The notes under the pieces were generated by a model. The model was not told the DNA's origin. It saw nothing but the letters and a program-made list of their open reading frames with translations, and searched no databases. DNA of 64,000 nt from an uncultured Chloroflexia bacterium (GTDB taxonomy: Bacteria > Chloroflexota > Limnocylindria > QHBO01): positions 32,001 through 96,000 of the forward strand of contig CAWFCQ010000008.1 in assembly GCA_963814375.1 (NCBI GenBank), in the 5' to 3' direction. The translations under genes and the position numbers were made by a program. Shown in pieces: positions 1 through 8,955 of this stretch (within the stretch, counting starts at the first letter, position 1; every line of letters starts with the position of its first letter).

Positions 1-28
1 ACGCGATCGCCAGCCGCACGCTGCTCAT
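1..28 (-). CDS. 5' end of a CDS running off the window (MSSVRLAIA...)
   Basis: ATG at 28-26 with AAGGA just upstream, 15 nt after the stop of the co-oriented upstream gene; too short to assign. Confidence 0.4.
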
Positions 29-43
29 GAGGTCCTTGGCGGT

Positions 44-700
44 TCAGTCCCGCAGGTCGATGCGTCGATGGGTCGGCGGATCGTCTCCCGGCCCGACCTC
101 GACCAGGGTCCAGCCAGGCAGGTTGCGCTCCGCCGTGCCCTCGCTGCTCAGGAGCTCGACGACGCGCCCCACCACTGCCTTCGTGGCGGCGCGATCCGCG
201 CTGGGCACGTCCTCGAGAATCGCGGCGATGGCGCGCTCGATGCGCCTGGTTGCGACCGCGGGAAGGAGCCCGTCACGGTCGCGCTTCACGAGCCCTTCCG
301 CGTCGCCGATGCCCTCTCGCTCCAGCTCCCCGATCAGCTTCCGGACCGCGCGTCCCTCCGCCGCGGGCAGCCGATCGATCCAGGTCGGCGGCGGCGGGGG
401 CGGCTCGGCCTTGGGCTTCGACTTCGTGCCCTCCCGCTTCGCCCCTTTGGCGGGGGTGGGAAAGGGGAGGATCTTCCGATCGCGCGCGCCGGGGATCGCC
501 TCGCGGACCGCCTTCAGCGTCGGATACGGCCCGTGGATGAGCTCCTGCCCGAACTCGTTCGACTGCTCCGAGTCGACCAGGAACCAGCCAACATCGGCCT
601 GGCGCACGGTGAATCTCTCATCTCCGGTGCGGTAGTCGCCGGCGGACTGGCGGACGAGGCGGTCCGGGTCGGCGGGCGCATCGTTCTTGCGCTTCGGCAT
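44..700 (-). CDS. hypothetical protein (218 aa)
   Basis: Part of ORF 44..745; ATG at 700 lies 7 nt after a TAGACT -10-like box (leaderless); protein-like composition. Confidence 0.75.
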   Translation of the reverse strand: MPKRKNDAPADPDRLVRQSAGDYRTGDERFTVRQADVGWFLVDSEQSNEFGQELIHGPYPTLKAVREAIPGARDRKILPFPTPAKGAKREGTKSKPKAEPPPPPPTWIDRLPAAEGRAVRKLIGELEREGIGDAEGLVKRDRDGLLPAVATRRIERAIAAILEDVPSADRAATKAVVGRVVELLSSEGTAERNLPGWTLVEVGPGDDPPTHRRIDLRD

Positions 701-727
701 GGCTGGCAGTCTATGCCCCGTGGCTTC

Positions 728-865
728 GCGGCGGTTTACTGGCATGGGTAAGCAACCGCGAGGCAGAGGCGTTTCGGTGCCGGCAATTCACCGCCATGGG
801 TAAGTCCGGGACCGTTTCAGGCCGGAATTCGCCTTCCGATCTCCGTTGGTTACCAAGGGCGGGAA
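728..865. repeat. intergenic element copy A: three TTACC-N6-GGTAA-like palindromes (736, 788, 850)
   Basis: TTACT-ggcatg-GGTAA, TCACC-gccatg-GGTAA, TTACC-aagggc-GGGAA; its reverse complement aligns with 8757-8908. Confidence 0.75.
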
Positions 866-900
866 ACGCCCCGAGAGGACCGCACGCGTATGCTCTTGCC

Positions 901-1773
901 ATGTCCATCTATCGGCTCGAGGCGACGCCCGAGCTCGACTCGCCCGTCATGGTTGCGGCGCTCGAAGGCTGGGTCGACGCCGGCGCATCGGGCACGACTG
1001 CCGCGGCGCAGCTGGCCGAGGACGGCACGGTCGTCGCCAGCTTCGACGCCGATGCCATCTACGACTACCGCGCCCGCCGTCCTACGCTCGACATCGTCGA
1101 TGGCCGGCCGATGACGCTCGCCTGGCCGAAGCTGGAGATCACCGCGTCCCGAATCGGCGGACGGGACCTGCTGGTGCTGCGCGGGCCAGAGCCGGATTAC
1201 CGATGGCGCGAGCTCACCACCGACGTGGTCGAGGTCGCCAAGAAGCTGGGAGTCGCCAGCTGGGCCAGCCTCGGCGCCATCCCGGCTGCCGTGCCCCACA
1301 CGCGACCGGTGCCGGTGCTCGCCACCGCATCGGCTCCGGGGCTGCTGCCCGATGGAATCCGCCAGGGCCCTGACGGCCTGCTGCGGGTGCCTTCTGCCGC
1401 GCTCTCGGTGCTCGAGATGGCCGCATCCTCGAACGGCATCCCCGCCGTCGGATTCTTCGCCCAGGTGCCGCACTACGTCAACGCGACCTATCCCGCGGCC
1501 TCGATCGCGCTCCTCACAGCGCTCGGTCGCCACCTCGGCATCGAGCCGCCGGTGGGCCAGCTCGCGACGCGTGCGCTGGAGCGGCGGAACCTCCTCGACG
1601 CGGCCACTGCCTCGGACGACGACACTCGCGCCCACGTGGAGCGCCTCGAGCTCCTGGCCGATGAGTCACGCCTCCCTGCCGGTGACGAGCTCATCGCCGA
1701 CATCGAGCGCTTCCTGCGCGAGGGCGACTCCGGCGAAGGCGGCGACGAGGGCGGAGGCTCGCGGCTGCACTAG
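901..1773 (+). CDS. PAC2 (proteasome assembly chaperone-like) family protein
   Basis: Motifs ALEGWVDAG, DYRARRP, GPEPDYRW, VPHTRP, AQVPHY; TATGCT 6 nt before the ATG. Confidence 0.9.
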   Translation: MSIYRLEATPELDSPVMVAALEGWVDAGASGTTAAAQLAEDGTVVASFDADAIYDYRARRPTLDIVDGRPMTLAWPKLEITASRIGGRDLLVLRGPEPDYRWRELTTDVVEVAKKLGVASWASLGAIPAAVPHTRPVPVLATASAPGLLPDGIRQGPDGLLRVPSAALSVLEMAASSNGIPAVGFFAQVPHYVNATYPAASIALLTALGRHLGIEPPVGQLATRALERRNLLDAATASDDDTRAHVERLELLADESRLPAGDELIADIERFLREGDSGEGGDEGGGSRLH

Positions 1774-1775
1774 AG

Positions 1776-1827
1776 GCGGACACAGGGAGGCCGCCGCTCC
1801 CCGGAGGGACCGACGGCCATGTGCCGC
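1776..1827. terminator. GC-rich stem-loop between convergent genes
   Basis: GGCCGCCG/CGACGGCC and TCCC/GGGA arms; no clear U-tract. Confidence 0.4.
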
Positions 1828-1838
1828 GTTAGATTGAC

Positions 1839-2235
1839 TTAGCGGTGGGAGAGGTCGTCCTTGCCGTAGTCAGGGCCGACCGGGCGGTTGTGCTCGGCGT
1901 AGTACGTCCCGAGCTCATCCCGATAGCGCAGCGTCGTGATGGCGCGACGTATCGAACTCCGGCGCGTTCTTGATCTGGTCCTTCGTGAGGCTGACCCAGA
2001 CGCGACGGTCGTTCACGTCGACCCTCGACATGACCCCGACCGGAAGCATGACCTTGCGGCCGAAGATCCACGGGCCGGTGTCGACGACCAGCGCATTGGC
2101 GCCGATCTCGTAGGTGGCTCTGTCCACGGCACCGATGCCGCCATCCGTCGCCTCGACGTCGAAGCCGGAGAGGTCGACGGTCGACCAAGTTGGCTCCGGA
2201 TAGCTGTAGATGTCGAGAACGGTGGTGTTTCGCAT
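1839..2235 (-). pseudogene. PRC-barrel domain protein, frameshifted near 1927-1930 (possibly an assembly error)
   Basis: GFDVEATDGGIGAVD...VVDTGPWIFGRKVMLP...LTKDQIKNAPEFD; removing 1 nt continues YRDELGTYY...* to 1839; GAAAGGGG RBS. Confidence 0.8.
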
Positions 2236-2337
2236 GGTTGTTCCCCTTTCCAATACCAGAAGGGGGTGCAACATCGATGCCCGCGTGGCCCAGGGCTGAG
2301 ACTGATTCTCATCTAGGCGGCGATTCCCAAAGAGATG

Positions 2338-5300
2338 TCAGCTGCCCTGGACGAGTTCCTCGGCAGGCCGCGCGGCAGTGACGGGTTCGGCGGGTGAGCC
2401 GGGCGTCTCGTCGGTCTTGGCGAGGGCGGCATCGAGCAGGTCGAGGAGCGCGGTTGCCCGCAGCCGGGTAAAGATCTCGCGCGCCTCTTCGGCAGCCCGG
2501 CGACGCTCATCCGGCTCCATGGCGCCGGTGGTGACGATGTCCAGGTCGGTCATTGCCGACCAGAACGGGGTTCCGAGCTCGCGGAAGAGGCGCTGTGCCT
2601 CGAGGTAGTGGCCGCGGGCGTCCGCTCGACGTCCCTCGAGCACGGCGATCCCCGCGTCCATCGTGGCGAGCAGAGCCCTCGTCCGACCCCCGTCGCCTTC
2701 ACTCGCGAAGAAGTCGCGCAGACGAGTGGCCGACGCGGCGTCGCCCTTCCAGATCGATGCTCGCGCCCCGAAAATGCTGGACTCGGCGCCAGCCAGGCTC
2801 GCGTCGATGGCCTCCTCCGACAGCCGGCAGACCTCGTCGAAATGGCCACGCAGCAGCGAATCAACCGCTTTCGCAAACGCCCCGATCGTGAGGTACTGCG
2901 GATCGTCGAAGTGGCGCGAGTCGGCGTAGAGCTGGTCGGCCTCGGCCTCGATGTCCTCGCCGCGATACCCGCGGATGACGGCAGAATAGGCGCCGAACCA
3001 GAGTCGCTCCGCCGGCTCGGTGAAGAGGGCGTCCATCTCGGCCATGGCATCCATCGCCCAGTCCCAATCGCCGACCTCGATGGCAGAGTCCACCGCGTTG
3101 CCCAGGACGTAGCGGATGCTCCACATCACTCCGCTGCGCTTCGCCTCCTCGATCGCGCCTCGCGAGATCTCGAGCGCCCGGGCGATGTCGTCAGTTGAGA
3201 GCACGTAGCCGAGGTTCACGGCTGCCCGATTCACCAGCTCGGGGTCGCCGAGGCGCCTCGCGAAGTCCAGGGCGCCGGTCAGGATCACCTCCGACTCGAG
3301 CGTGCGACCGAGATTCGCGATCGCAACGGCGCGCGTGATGATCAGGTCGAGCACCACGCGCTCGTCGACCCTCCGAGGAGCGACCGGAAGCGTCGCATCC
3401 GCGAGCTCGACGGAGCGCGCGTTGTTCAAGGCCCGCATCTCGGCCTTGGCCAATATCGTGGCGACCTCGATGTAGCCGGGTGTGTCCAGCGTGAAGTCCG
3501 GCTCGGAGATCGTGGCATTCAACAGCTCGAGAGCCCGCTGCTGCTGGCCCTCGGTGAGCACATTGGCGAGGCGCGCGACGATGAGACGCCGCTCGGTGTC
3601 CCGCCCGAGCATGCTCGCGATGGCGATCGCCCGGTCTCCGTGGTCGATCGCCACGTCGATGAGCCCGGCTCGGGCCGCGGCGTCGAGCGCCAGCGAGCGA
3701 AGGTCCAGCTCGTCGGAAGGTTCGGTCACGACCAGGAGCCCGCTCTCAAGATAGGCGTGCGCCCTCCGGAACGACCCCAGGTCCGCGGCACGTTGCGCCG
3801 CGGCGCGCAACGCAACGCGGGCCTGGGCGGCCACGGCGGCACCCTCCTCCCCGTCGGGGTGCGCCTGGTAGGCATCGACGTAGTGCTGTGCCAGCACGCC
3901 GGCCAGCTCGTCATCGCCGAGTGACTCGTAGTGGCGGGCGGCGGCGAGATGGCGCGTGCGCCGATCGTCGCGCGAGAGAGTGCCGTACGCGACCTCGCGT
4001 AGAAGGCCCTGGACGAATCGGTAGTTGCCACGCTCCGGGGAGCGCGGATCCGTCTCGATGATCAGTAGCTCACGCCTCACGAGGTGCTCGAGCATCGGCC
4101 CGACCTCGTCGGGCTCTGAGCGTGCGACCGACTGGACGGCCTCATCGGCGAAGGAGAGGCCGAGGACGGAGGCGTCCTGGAGAAGCGTTCGCTCGGCGGG
4201 CGGCAGCGCGTCGATCCGCGCCGCGATGAGCGCATGAAGCGACTCCGGCACCGCGAGGTCGCCGATGTCGCCGACCGGGCGGAAGGCCTCGCCGTCGCGC
4301 TCGAGACGCCCGTCGTTGAGCAGCGTTCGAATCATCTCCACCGCGTACAGCGGGATTCCCTCCGCCCGCTCGACGATCCTTGCGATAGCCGCCTCGGGCA
4401 GGCCGGGAACGAGCCCGTCGAGCAGGAAGCGCATGTCGTCGTCCGCAAGAGGTGCCAGGGCGAGGGAGGTGAAGCTGCGCTGCCCGGCACCCCAGTTCGG
4501 ACGACGGTCCAGGAGGTCGGGGCGGGCCAGCGTGATGACGTAGATCGGATGGCCGCGCGACCATGCCAGCAGCTCCTCGATGAAGTCGAGGAGGCCGTCA
4601 TCCGCCCACTGGAGGTCCTCGAACACCATCGCCACCGGCGCGACGTCGGCGATGCGCTCGAAGAAGGTTCGCCAGGCCACGGGAAGGTGGCCAGTCTCCT
4701 TCGACTGAACGTCGCCGATCCCGAGCAGGTGAAGGAGTGGCTCTTCGAGCGAGGCGCGCTCGTCGGTATCGGGCACGAACTCGGCCAGGCTCGCGGCCAG
4801 CAGCTGGCGGGTGGTCGCCTCATCAGCTGCGTCGTCGGCGCCGATCCGCATGCGCACCATCTCGCCGAGCGCCCAGAAGCTGATGCCGTCGCCGTAGGCG
4901 GGCGAGCGGCCCTGATGCCAGTACACCACTTCGGTGACGCCATCGATGTACTTCAGGAACTCCCATGCCAGCCGGCTCTTGCCGATGCCGCCCTGGCCGA
5001 TGACGGAGACGAGCCGCGGCCCGCGGTCGCGGGCGGTGGCGTGGTAGAAGTCCTTGATGAGCTGGAGCTCGCTGTCGCGACCGACGAACGGCGGCTCCAG
5101 GCCCTCGCTGCGGCCCACCCCGCCGCGCTGTGCCACCACGCGCAGCGCCCGGAAGGCGGCCACGGGTGCCGCCTTGCCCTTGAGCTCCTGCTCCCCGGCC
5201 TCCTCGAACACGATTGCCTCGCCAGCTGCGCGGCGGGTGCCGTCGCCGACCAGGACGGTCCCCGGCGGCGCGACCGACTGGAGGCGCGAGGCGGTGTTGA

Positions 5301-5883
5301 CCAGGTCGCCTGCGACCATGCCCATGCCGCTCGCGCCGATGGTGACCACCGCCTCGCCGGTGTGCACCGCGGCCCGCAGGGCCAGGTCGGGAACCTCGCG
5401 ATCGGCGCCGATGCGTCGGACGGCATCGACGAGGTCCATCGCGGCCCGGACAGCCCGCTCGGCATCGTCCTCCTGGGCGGTCGGGGTGCCCCACACCGCC
5501 ATCACCGCGTCCCCGATGAACTTCTCGACCACCCCGCCGTAGCGCTCGATCACCGCTCGAGAGGTCTCGAAGTACGAGCCGAGCAGCTCGCGGACATCCT
5601 CGGCGTCGCGCCCCTCGCTCAGGGTCGTGAAGCCGACCAGGTCAGCGAAGAGGACGCTTACCAGCCTTCGTTCGGTCGCCGGAGTGGCGGCAGAGGCGGG
5701 CGTGTCGGTGGGAGCCGCGGGCACGTCGGCGCCGGTGAGGACGTTCCCGCACTCGCCGCAGAACTTCGCCTCAGGGGTATTCGCCGAACCGCAGCTCGCG
5801 CATGCCACCGCCAGGCGCTGTCCGCAGCTGAGGCAAAACTTTCGGCCGATCTCGTTCTCGGCCGCGCAGTTCGAACAGTTCAC
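2338..5883 (-). CDS. adenylate/guanylate cyclase domain protein with double zinc ribbon, STAND/AAA ATPase and TPR-like C-terminus
   Basis: CxxC x4 at N-terminus; VLFADLVGFT, EKFIGDAVMA, GDLVNTASRLQ; Walker A GQGGIGKS, Walker B MVFEDLQWAD, GIPLYA. Confidence 0.93.
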   Translation of the reverse strand: MNCSNCAAENEIGRKFCLSCGQRLAVACASCGSANTPEAKFCGECGNVLTGADVPAAPTDTPASAATPATERRLVSVLFADLVGFTTLSEGRDAEDVRELLGSYFETSRAVIERYGGVVEKFIGDAVMAVWGTPTAQEDDAERAVRAAMDLVDAVRRIGADREVPDLALRAAVHTGEAVVTIGASGMGMVAGDLVNTASRLQSVAPPGTVLVGDGTRRAAGEAIVFEEAGEQELKGKAAPVAAFRALRVVAQRGGVGRSEGLEPPFVGRDSELQLIKDFYHATARDRGPRLVSVIGQGGIGKSRLAWEFLKYIDGVTEVVYWHQGRSPAYGDGISFWALGEMVRMRIGADDAADEATTRQLLAASLAEFVPDTDERASLEEPLLHLLGIGDVQSKETGHLPVAWRTFFERIADVAPVAMVFEDLQWADDGLLDFIEELLAWSRGHPIYVITLARPDLLDRRPNWGAGQRSFTSLALAPLADDDMRFLLDGLVPGLPEAAIARIVERAEGIPLYAVEMIRTLLNDGRLERDGEAFRPVGDIGDLAVPESLHALIAARIDALPPAERTLLQDASVLGLSFADEAVQSVARSEPDEVGPMLEHLVRRELLIIETDPRSPERGNYRFVQGLLREVAYGTLSRDDRRTRHLAAARHYESLGDDELAGVLAQHYVDAYQAHPDGEEGAAVAAQARVALRAAAQRAADLGSFRRAHAYLESGLLVVTEPSDELDLRSLALDAAARAGLIDVAIDHGDRAIAIASMLGRDTERRLIVARLANVLTEGQQQRALELLNATISEPDFTLDTPGYIEVATILAKAEMRALNNARSVELADATLPVAPRRVDERVVLDLIITRAVAIANLGRTLESEVILTGALDFARRLGDPELVNRAAVNLGYVLSTDDIARALEISRGAIEEAKRSGVMWSIRYVLGNAVDSAIEVGDWDWAMDAMAEMDALFTEPAERLWFGAYSAVIRGYRGEDIEAEADQLYADSRHFDDPQYLTIGAFAKAVDSLLRGHFDEVCRLSEEAIDASLAGAESSIFGARASIWKGDAASATRLRDFFASEGDGGRTRALLATMDAGIAVLEGRRADARGHYLEAQRLFRELGTPFWSAMTDLDIVTTGAMEPDERRRAAEEAREIFTRLRATALLDLLDAALAKTDETPGSPAEPVTAARPAEELVQGS

Positions 5884-5956
5884 TCGGTGCCCGGTCCCTC
5901 ACGGCGTGTCGGCGCCGCAGTATCGGGCAACGGCGCCTCTCCTGACAACGGGAGGC

Positions 5957-6298
5957 TCAGCCGCTCTTCTTGGCCTTGCGCCCCGTCTCAGGCGGCGTAT
6001 CGAGGAGGACGTCGATGGCACGGCGCGCCTGGAACGGTGAGCCGAAGGATGCCTTCGACGGTGCCGCATCGGCATCGGCCTTGATGTACCAGCTGCGCTG
6101 GCCGGCGACGTACAGGATCTCGTAGCCGCGATGCTCTTCGGAGGCGCGCGGCGCGTCGTTCGCGAGCATCAGCGTCGCCTCGCGAGCCGTTCGGGGTGGG
6201 CCGCAGAGCCCGCATCGGGACTCCAGCAGGCCGTGGGCACAGCGACGGCAGGTCATGCAGTGCTGTGGATCGGATCCGTGGATACATCGCTCGGTCAT
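5957..6298 (-). CDS. hypothetical protein with Cys/His-rich (putative Zn-binding) N-terminus
   Basis: CIHG...CMTCRRCAHG...CGLC; 113 aa; fills the gap co-oriented with the cyclase. Confidence 0.7.
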   Translation of the reverse strand: MTERCIHGSDPQHCMTCRRCAHGLLESRCGLCGPPRTAREATLMLANDAPRASEEHRGYEILYVAGQRSWYIKADADAAPSKASFGSPFQARRAIDVLLDTPPETGRKAKKSG

Positions 6299-6347
6299 GG
6301 GGTGTCTGGGGTCCTACTCGGGGGGCTGTAAGCGTACACCGTCGCGG

Positions 6348-6498
6348 TATGCTACGCTTTCGCACACGTGTTCGATTTGGCGCTCCGGTCAGCGCCACGG
6401 CTTCATCACCGTCCGACCTCGCTTACTTCTTCGCCCTGACCGGGCCCCGCGACTTCCTTTGATGGCGCGGGTGGGCCCAACGTCAGGAGCTCTCTCCC
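6348..6498 (+). promoter_or_regulatory. -10 box (TATGCT) and structured ~140-nt 5' leader of the DEAD-box helicase
   Basis: TATGCT 6348-6353; CCTGAC(6435)/GTCAGG(6482) and GGGCCC/GGGCCC arms overlap the AGGAG SD at 6485-6489. Confidence 0.5.
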
Positions 6499-7785
6499 TT
6501 GTCCTTCTCTGTCCTCGGGCTGCGGCCCGACCTGCTCCGCGCTGTGGCGCGCCAGGGTTACACCGATCCCACACCCGTCCAGCTCGAGGCCATCCCCCTC
6601 GTCCTCGCCGGGCGTGACCTCCTTGCCGGCGCCCAGACCGGCACCGGCAAGACGGCCGCCTTCGTGCTGCCGATGCTCCAGCGCCTCGCCGAGCGGCCCC
6701 GTCAGGATCGCCGCATCCGGGCCCTCGTCCTCGTTCCCACTCGCGAGCTCGCGATCCAGGTCGAGGAGTCGGTCCGCGTCTACTCCGGCGGCCACGCGCG
6801 CTCGACCGCCATCTACGGTGGCGTTGGCTTCGGTGGCCAGGTTGGCGCGCTGCGCCGCGGCGTCGAAATCGTCGTCGCGACACCCGGACGCCTGCTCGAC
6901 CATGCCCGCCAGGGCACGATCGACCTGCGCTCGGTCGAGATCCTCGTCCTCGACGAGGCCGATCGGATGCTTGACATGGGCTTCATCCGCGACATCCGCC
7001 AGGTTCTCGAGCTCCTGCCGGATCGCCGCCAGAACCTTCTCTTCTCCGCGACCTTCTCGCGCGAGATCAGGACGCTGGCCGAAGGGCTGCTCGACCGGCC
7101 CGCATCGGTCCAGGTCACCCCCGAGAACACCGCGGTTGACCTCGTCGACCAGCTCATCCACCCGGTCGACCGTGAGCGGAAGCGCGAGCTGCTGACGCAC
7201 CTGGTGCGCACGCGCCAGATCGACCAGGCCCTCGTCTTCACTCGGACAAAGCACGGTGCGAACCGCCTGGTGGAGCAGCTCAACCGCGACGGGATCGCCG
7301 CCGCGGCGATCCACGGCAACAAGTCGCAGCCCCAGCGCATCCGCGCGCTGGCCGACCTGAAGGCCGGTCGCATCCTCCTGCTGGTAGCGACCGAGGTCGC
7401 GGCTCGCGGCCTCGACATCGAGGCGCTGCCGCACGTCGTCAACTACGAGCTGCCGATGGTGCCCGCCGACTACCTCCACCGCATCGGTCGCACCGCGCGG
7501 GCGGGGGCGAGTGGCACTGCCATCTCACTGGTCTGCATCGACGAGGCGCCGCTGCTGCGCGAGATCGAGCGCCTGCTCGGTGCGCCGATCCCGTCACAGC
7601 CGGTGCCCGGCTTCGAGCCGGACCCCAGGATCGCGGCCCAGCCGATCCGGCAGCGCTCCGGTGCCCACCAGGCCGGTCACCGGCCACGGGGCGGCGCGCG
7701 TCAGCCGCAGGCGAATCGCGCCCACGTGCGATTCAGCGGTGGGCGTCGCCGACCGCGGCGACCGGCGTCCAGCTTCAGCCGGTAG
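6499..7785 (+). CDS. rhlE: DEAD-box ATP-dependent RNA helicase (RhlE-like)
   Basis: Q motif, [54 protein letters not shown]; TTG start with AGGAG. Confidence 0.93.
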   Translation: MSFSVLGLRPDLLRAVARQGYTDPTPVQLEAIPLVLAGRDLLAGAQTGTGKTAAFVLPMLQRLAERPRQDRRIRALVLVPTRELAIQVEESVRVYSGGHARSTAIYGGVGFGGQVGALRRGVEIVVATPGRLLDHARQGTIDLRSVEILVLDEADRMLDMGFIRDIRQVLELLPDRRQNLLFSATFSREIRTLAEGLLDRPASVQVTPENTAVDLVDQLIHPVDRERKRELLTHLVRTRQIDQALVFTRTKHGANRLVEQLNRDGIAAAAIHGNKSQPQRIRALADLKAGRILLLVATEVAARGLDIEALPHVVNYELPMVPADYLHRIGRTARAGASGTAISLVCIDEAPLLREIERLLGAPIPSQPVPGFEPDPRIAAQPIRQRSGAHQAGHRPRGGARQPQANRAHVRFSGGRRRPRRPASSFSR

Positions 7786-7799
7786 GCAGAGGGCCTCGC

Positions 7800-8153
7800 T
7801 CAGATCGAGACAGGCTTGTCGGGGTCGGAGACCGTTCGGGAGGCGATCGGATCGGCCTCGTCGTACTCGTCCTCGTTGAGCGGAGCGCCCTCGGTCCGCG
7901 GCGGCTCCGTCGGCTTCTCCGACCAGTCGCCCTGGTCGACCGCCTCCTGCGTCAGCGATACACCGATCTCGCTGAGCTCGGGACGAACGTGGGCAAGTGT
8001 CGCAGCCGGCAGGAACCGATGCGTCGCGTTGATCATCCCCGACTTGATCTCGATGTAGGTGTCGGTCGTCTCCTCGACCGTCCCGATGTCCGCGCCGTCA
8101 GCCGTCTTCACCTTCCAGCCGCTCTGGATGCCGTGAATGTCGTTGGTGGTCAT
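7800..8153 (-). CDS. small acidic DUF2171/PRC-barrel-like protein
   Basis: IQSGWKVKTADGADIGTVEE...YIEIKSG pattern; 117 aa. Confidence 0.7.
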   Translation of the reverse strand: MTTNDIHGIQSGWKVKTADGADIGTVEETTDTYIEIKSGMINATHRFLPAATLAHVRPELSEIGVSLTQEAVDQGDWSEKPTEPPRTEGAPLNEDEYDEADPIASRTVSDPDKPVSI

Positions 8154-8203
8154 GCGCTCGCTTCCAGCAGGTCGCGTGCCGTGGCTCGCGCTACCGTCTT
8201 CGC

Positions 8204-8749
8204 GTGCTGATCCGATTGGCCGATCCCGATCGCGACGCGGTCGCTGCGACCGCGATCTATCGTCCGGCGGTGGAGGATGGCCTCGCCTCGTTCGAGGAGG
8301 TCGCGCCCGATCCTCCCGAAATCGCGCGTCGCATGCGTGCGACACTCGAGCGCCTGCCTTGGCTGGTGGCCGAGGAGGGCGGAGAGGTGATCGGGTATGC
8401 CTACGCCGGTCAGCATCGCGAGCGGGCCGGCTACCGGTGGTCAGCGGACATCTCGGTCTACGTCGCGGCCGAGCAACAGGGGCAGGGCATCGGTCGGCGG
8501 CTGTACGACGAGCTGCTGACGATCCTTCGACGGCAGGGCTACGTGAACGTCTACGCCGGCATCACGCTGCCGAATGCGGCCAGCGTCGCGCTGCACGAGG
8601 CGATCGGGATGCGGCGCATCGGCGTCTACGAGCGCGTCGGGTACAAGCTCGGCGCCTGGCACGACGTCGCCTGGTACGGGATGCGCCTCTCCGACCCGCC
8701 GGGCGTGCCCTCGGAACCCGTTCCATTGCCTCGTCTGGCCAGCGAGTGA
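8204..8749 (+). CDS. GNAT N-acetyltransferase (phosphinothricin/arsinothricin acetyltransferase-like)
   Basis: ASFEEVAP, PWLVAE, GYAYAGQHRERAGYRWS, QGQGIG, LPNAASVALHE, GYKLGAWHDV. Confidence 0.9.
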   Translation: MLIRLADPDRDAVAATAIYRPAVEDGLASFEEVAPDPPEIARRMRATLERLPWLVAEEGGEVIGYAYAGQHRERAGYRWSADISVYVAAEQQGQGIGRRLYDELLTILRRQGYVNVYAGITLPNAASVALHEAIGMRRIGVYERVGYKLGAWHDVAWYGMRLSDPPGVPSEPVPLPRLASE

Positions 8750-8908
8750 GCCGGACTTACCGCTGCGGGTAACCAACGGAGACCGATAGGGCTGATCCGC
8801 GCCGAATGTGGCTTATTTCGGTCGGCGACTTACCACCCCTGGTAACGGGCGACCATCGAGATCGCCGCCCTTCCCCGTTGCTTACCGATGCCGGTAAATC
8901 CCGCCGCG
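8750..8908. repeat. intergenic element copy B: three TTACC-N6-GGTAA palindromes (8757, 8830, 8882)
   Basis: Perfect 5-bp arms in all three; shares GGTAACCAACGGAGA and GTTGCTTACCnATGCCnGTAAA with the reverse complement of copy A. Confidence 0.75.
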
Positions 8909-8918
8909 GTCTGGCCTC

Positions 8919-8949
8919 TTGACTCTCTACCTACCCGAGGCTCCATGCT
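8919..8949 (+). promoter_or_regulatory. MerR-type promoter TTGACT-N19-CATGCT, leaderless
   Basis: The 19-bp spacer is the hallmark of MerR-activated promoters; ATG follows 6 nt after the -10. Confidence 0.7.
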
Positions 8950-8955
8950 GCGCCG

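Noticed and set aside
728-8908. Palindrome trios as a mini-CRISPR array or composite transposon ends
   Set aside because: Only three degenerate 16-bp units with unequal spacing and no cas genes; no transposase, and the enclosed genes look like ordinary chromosomal genes
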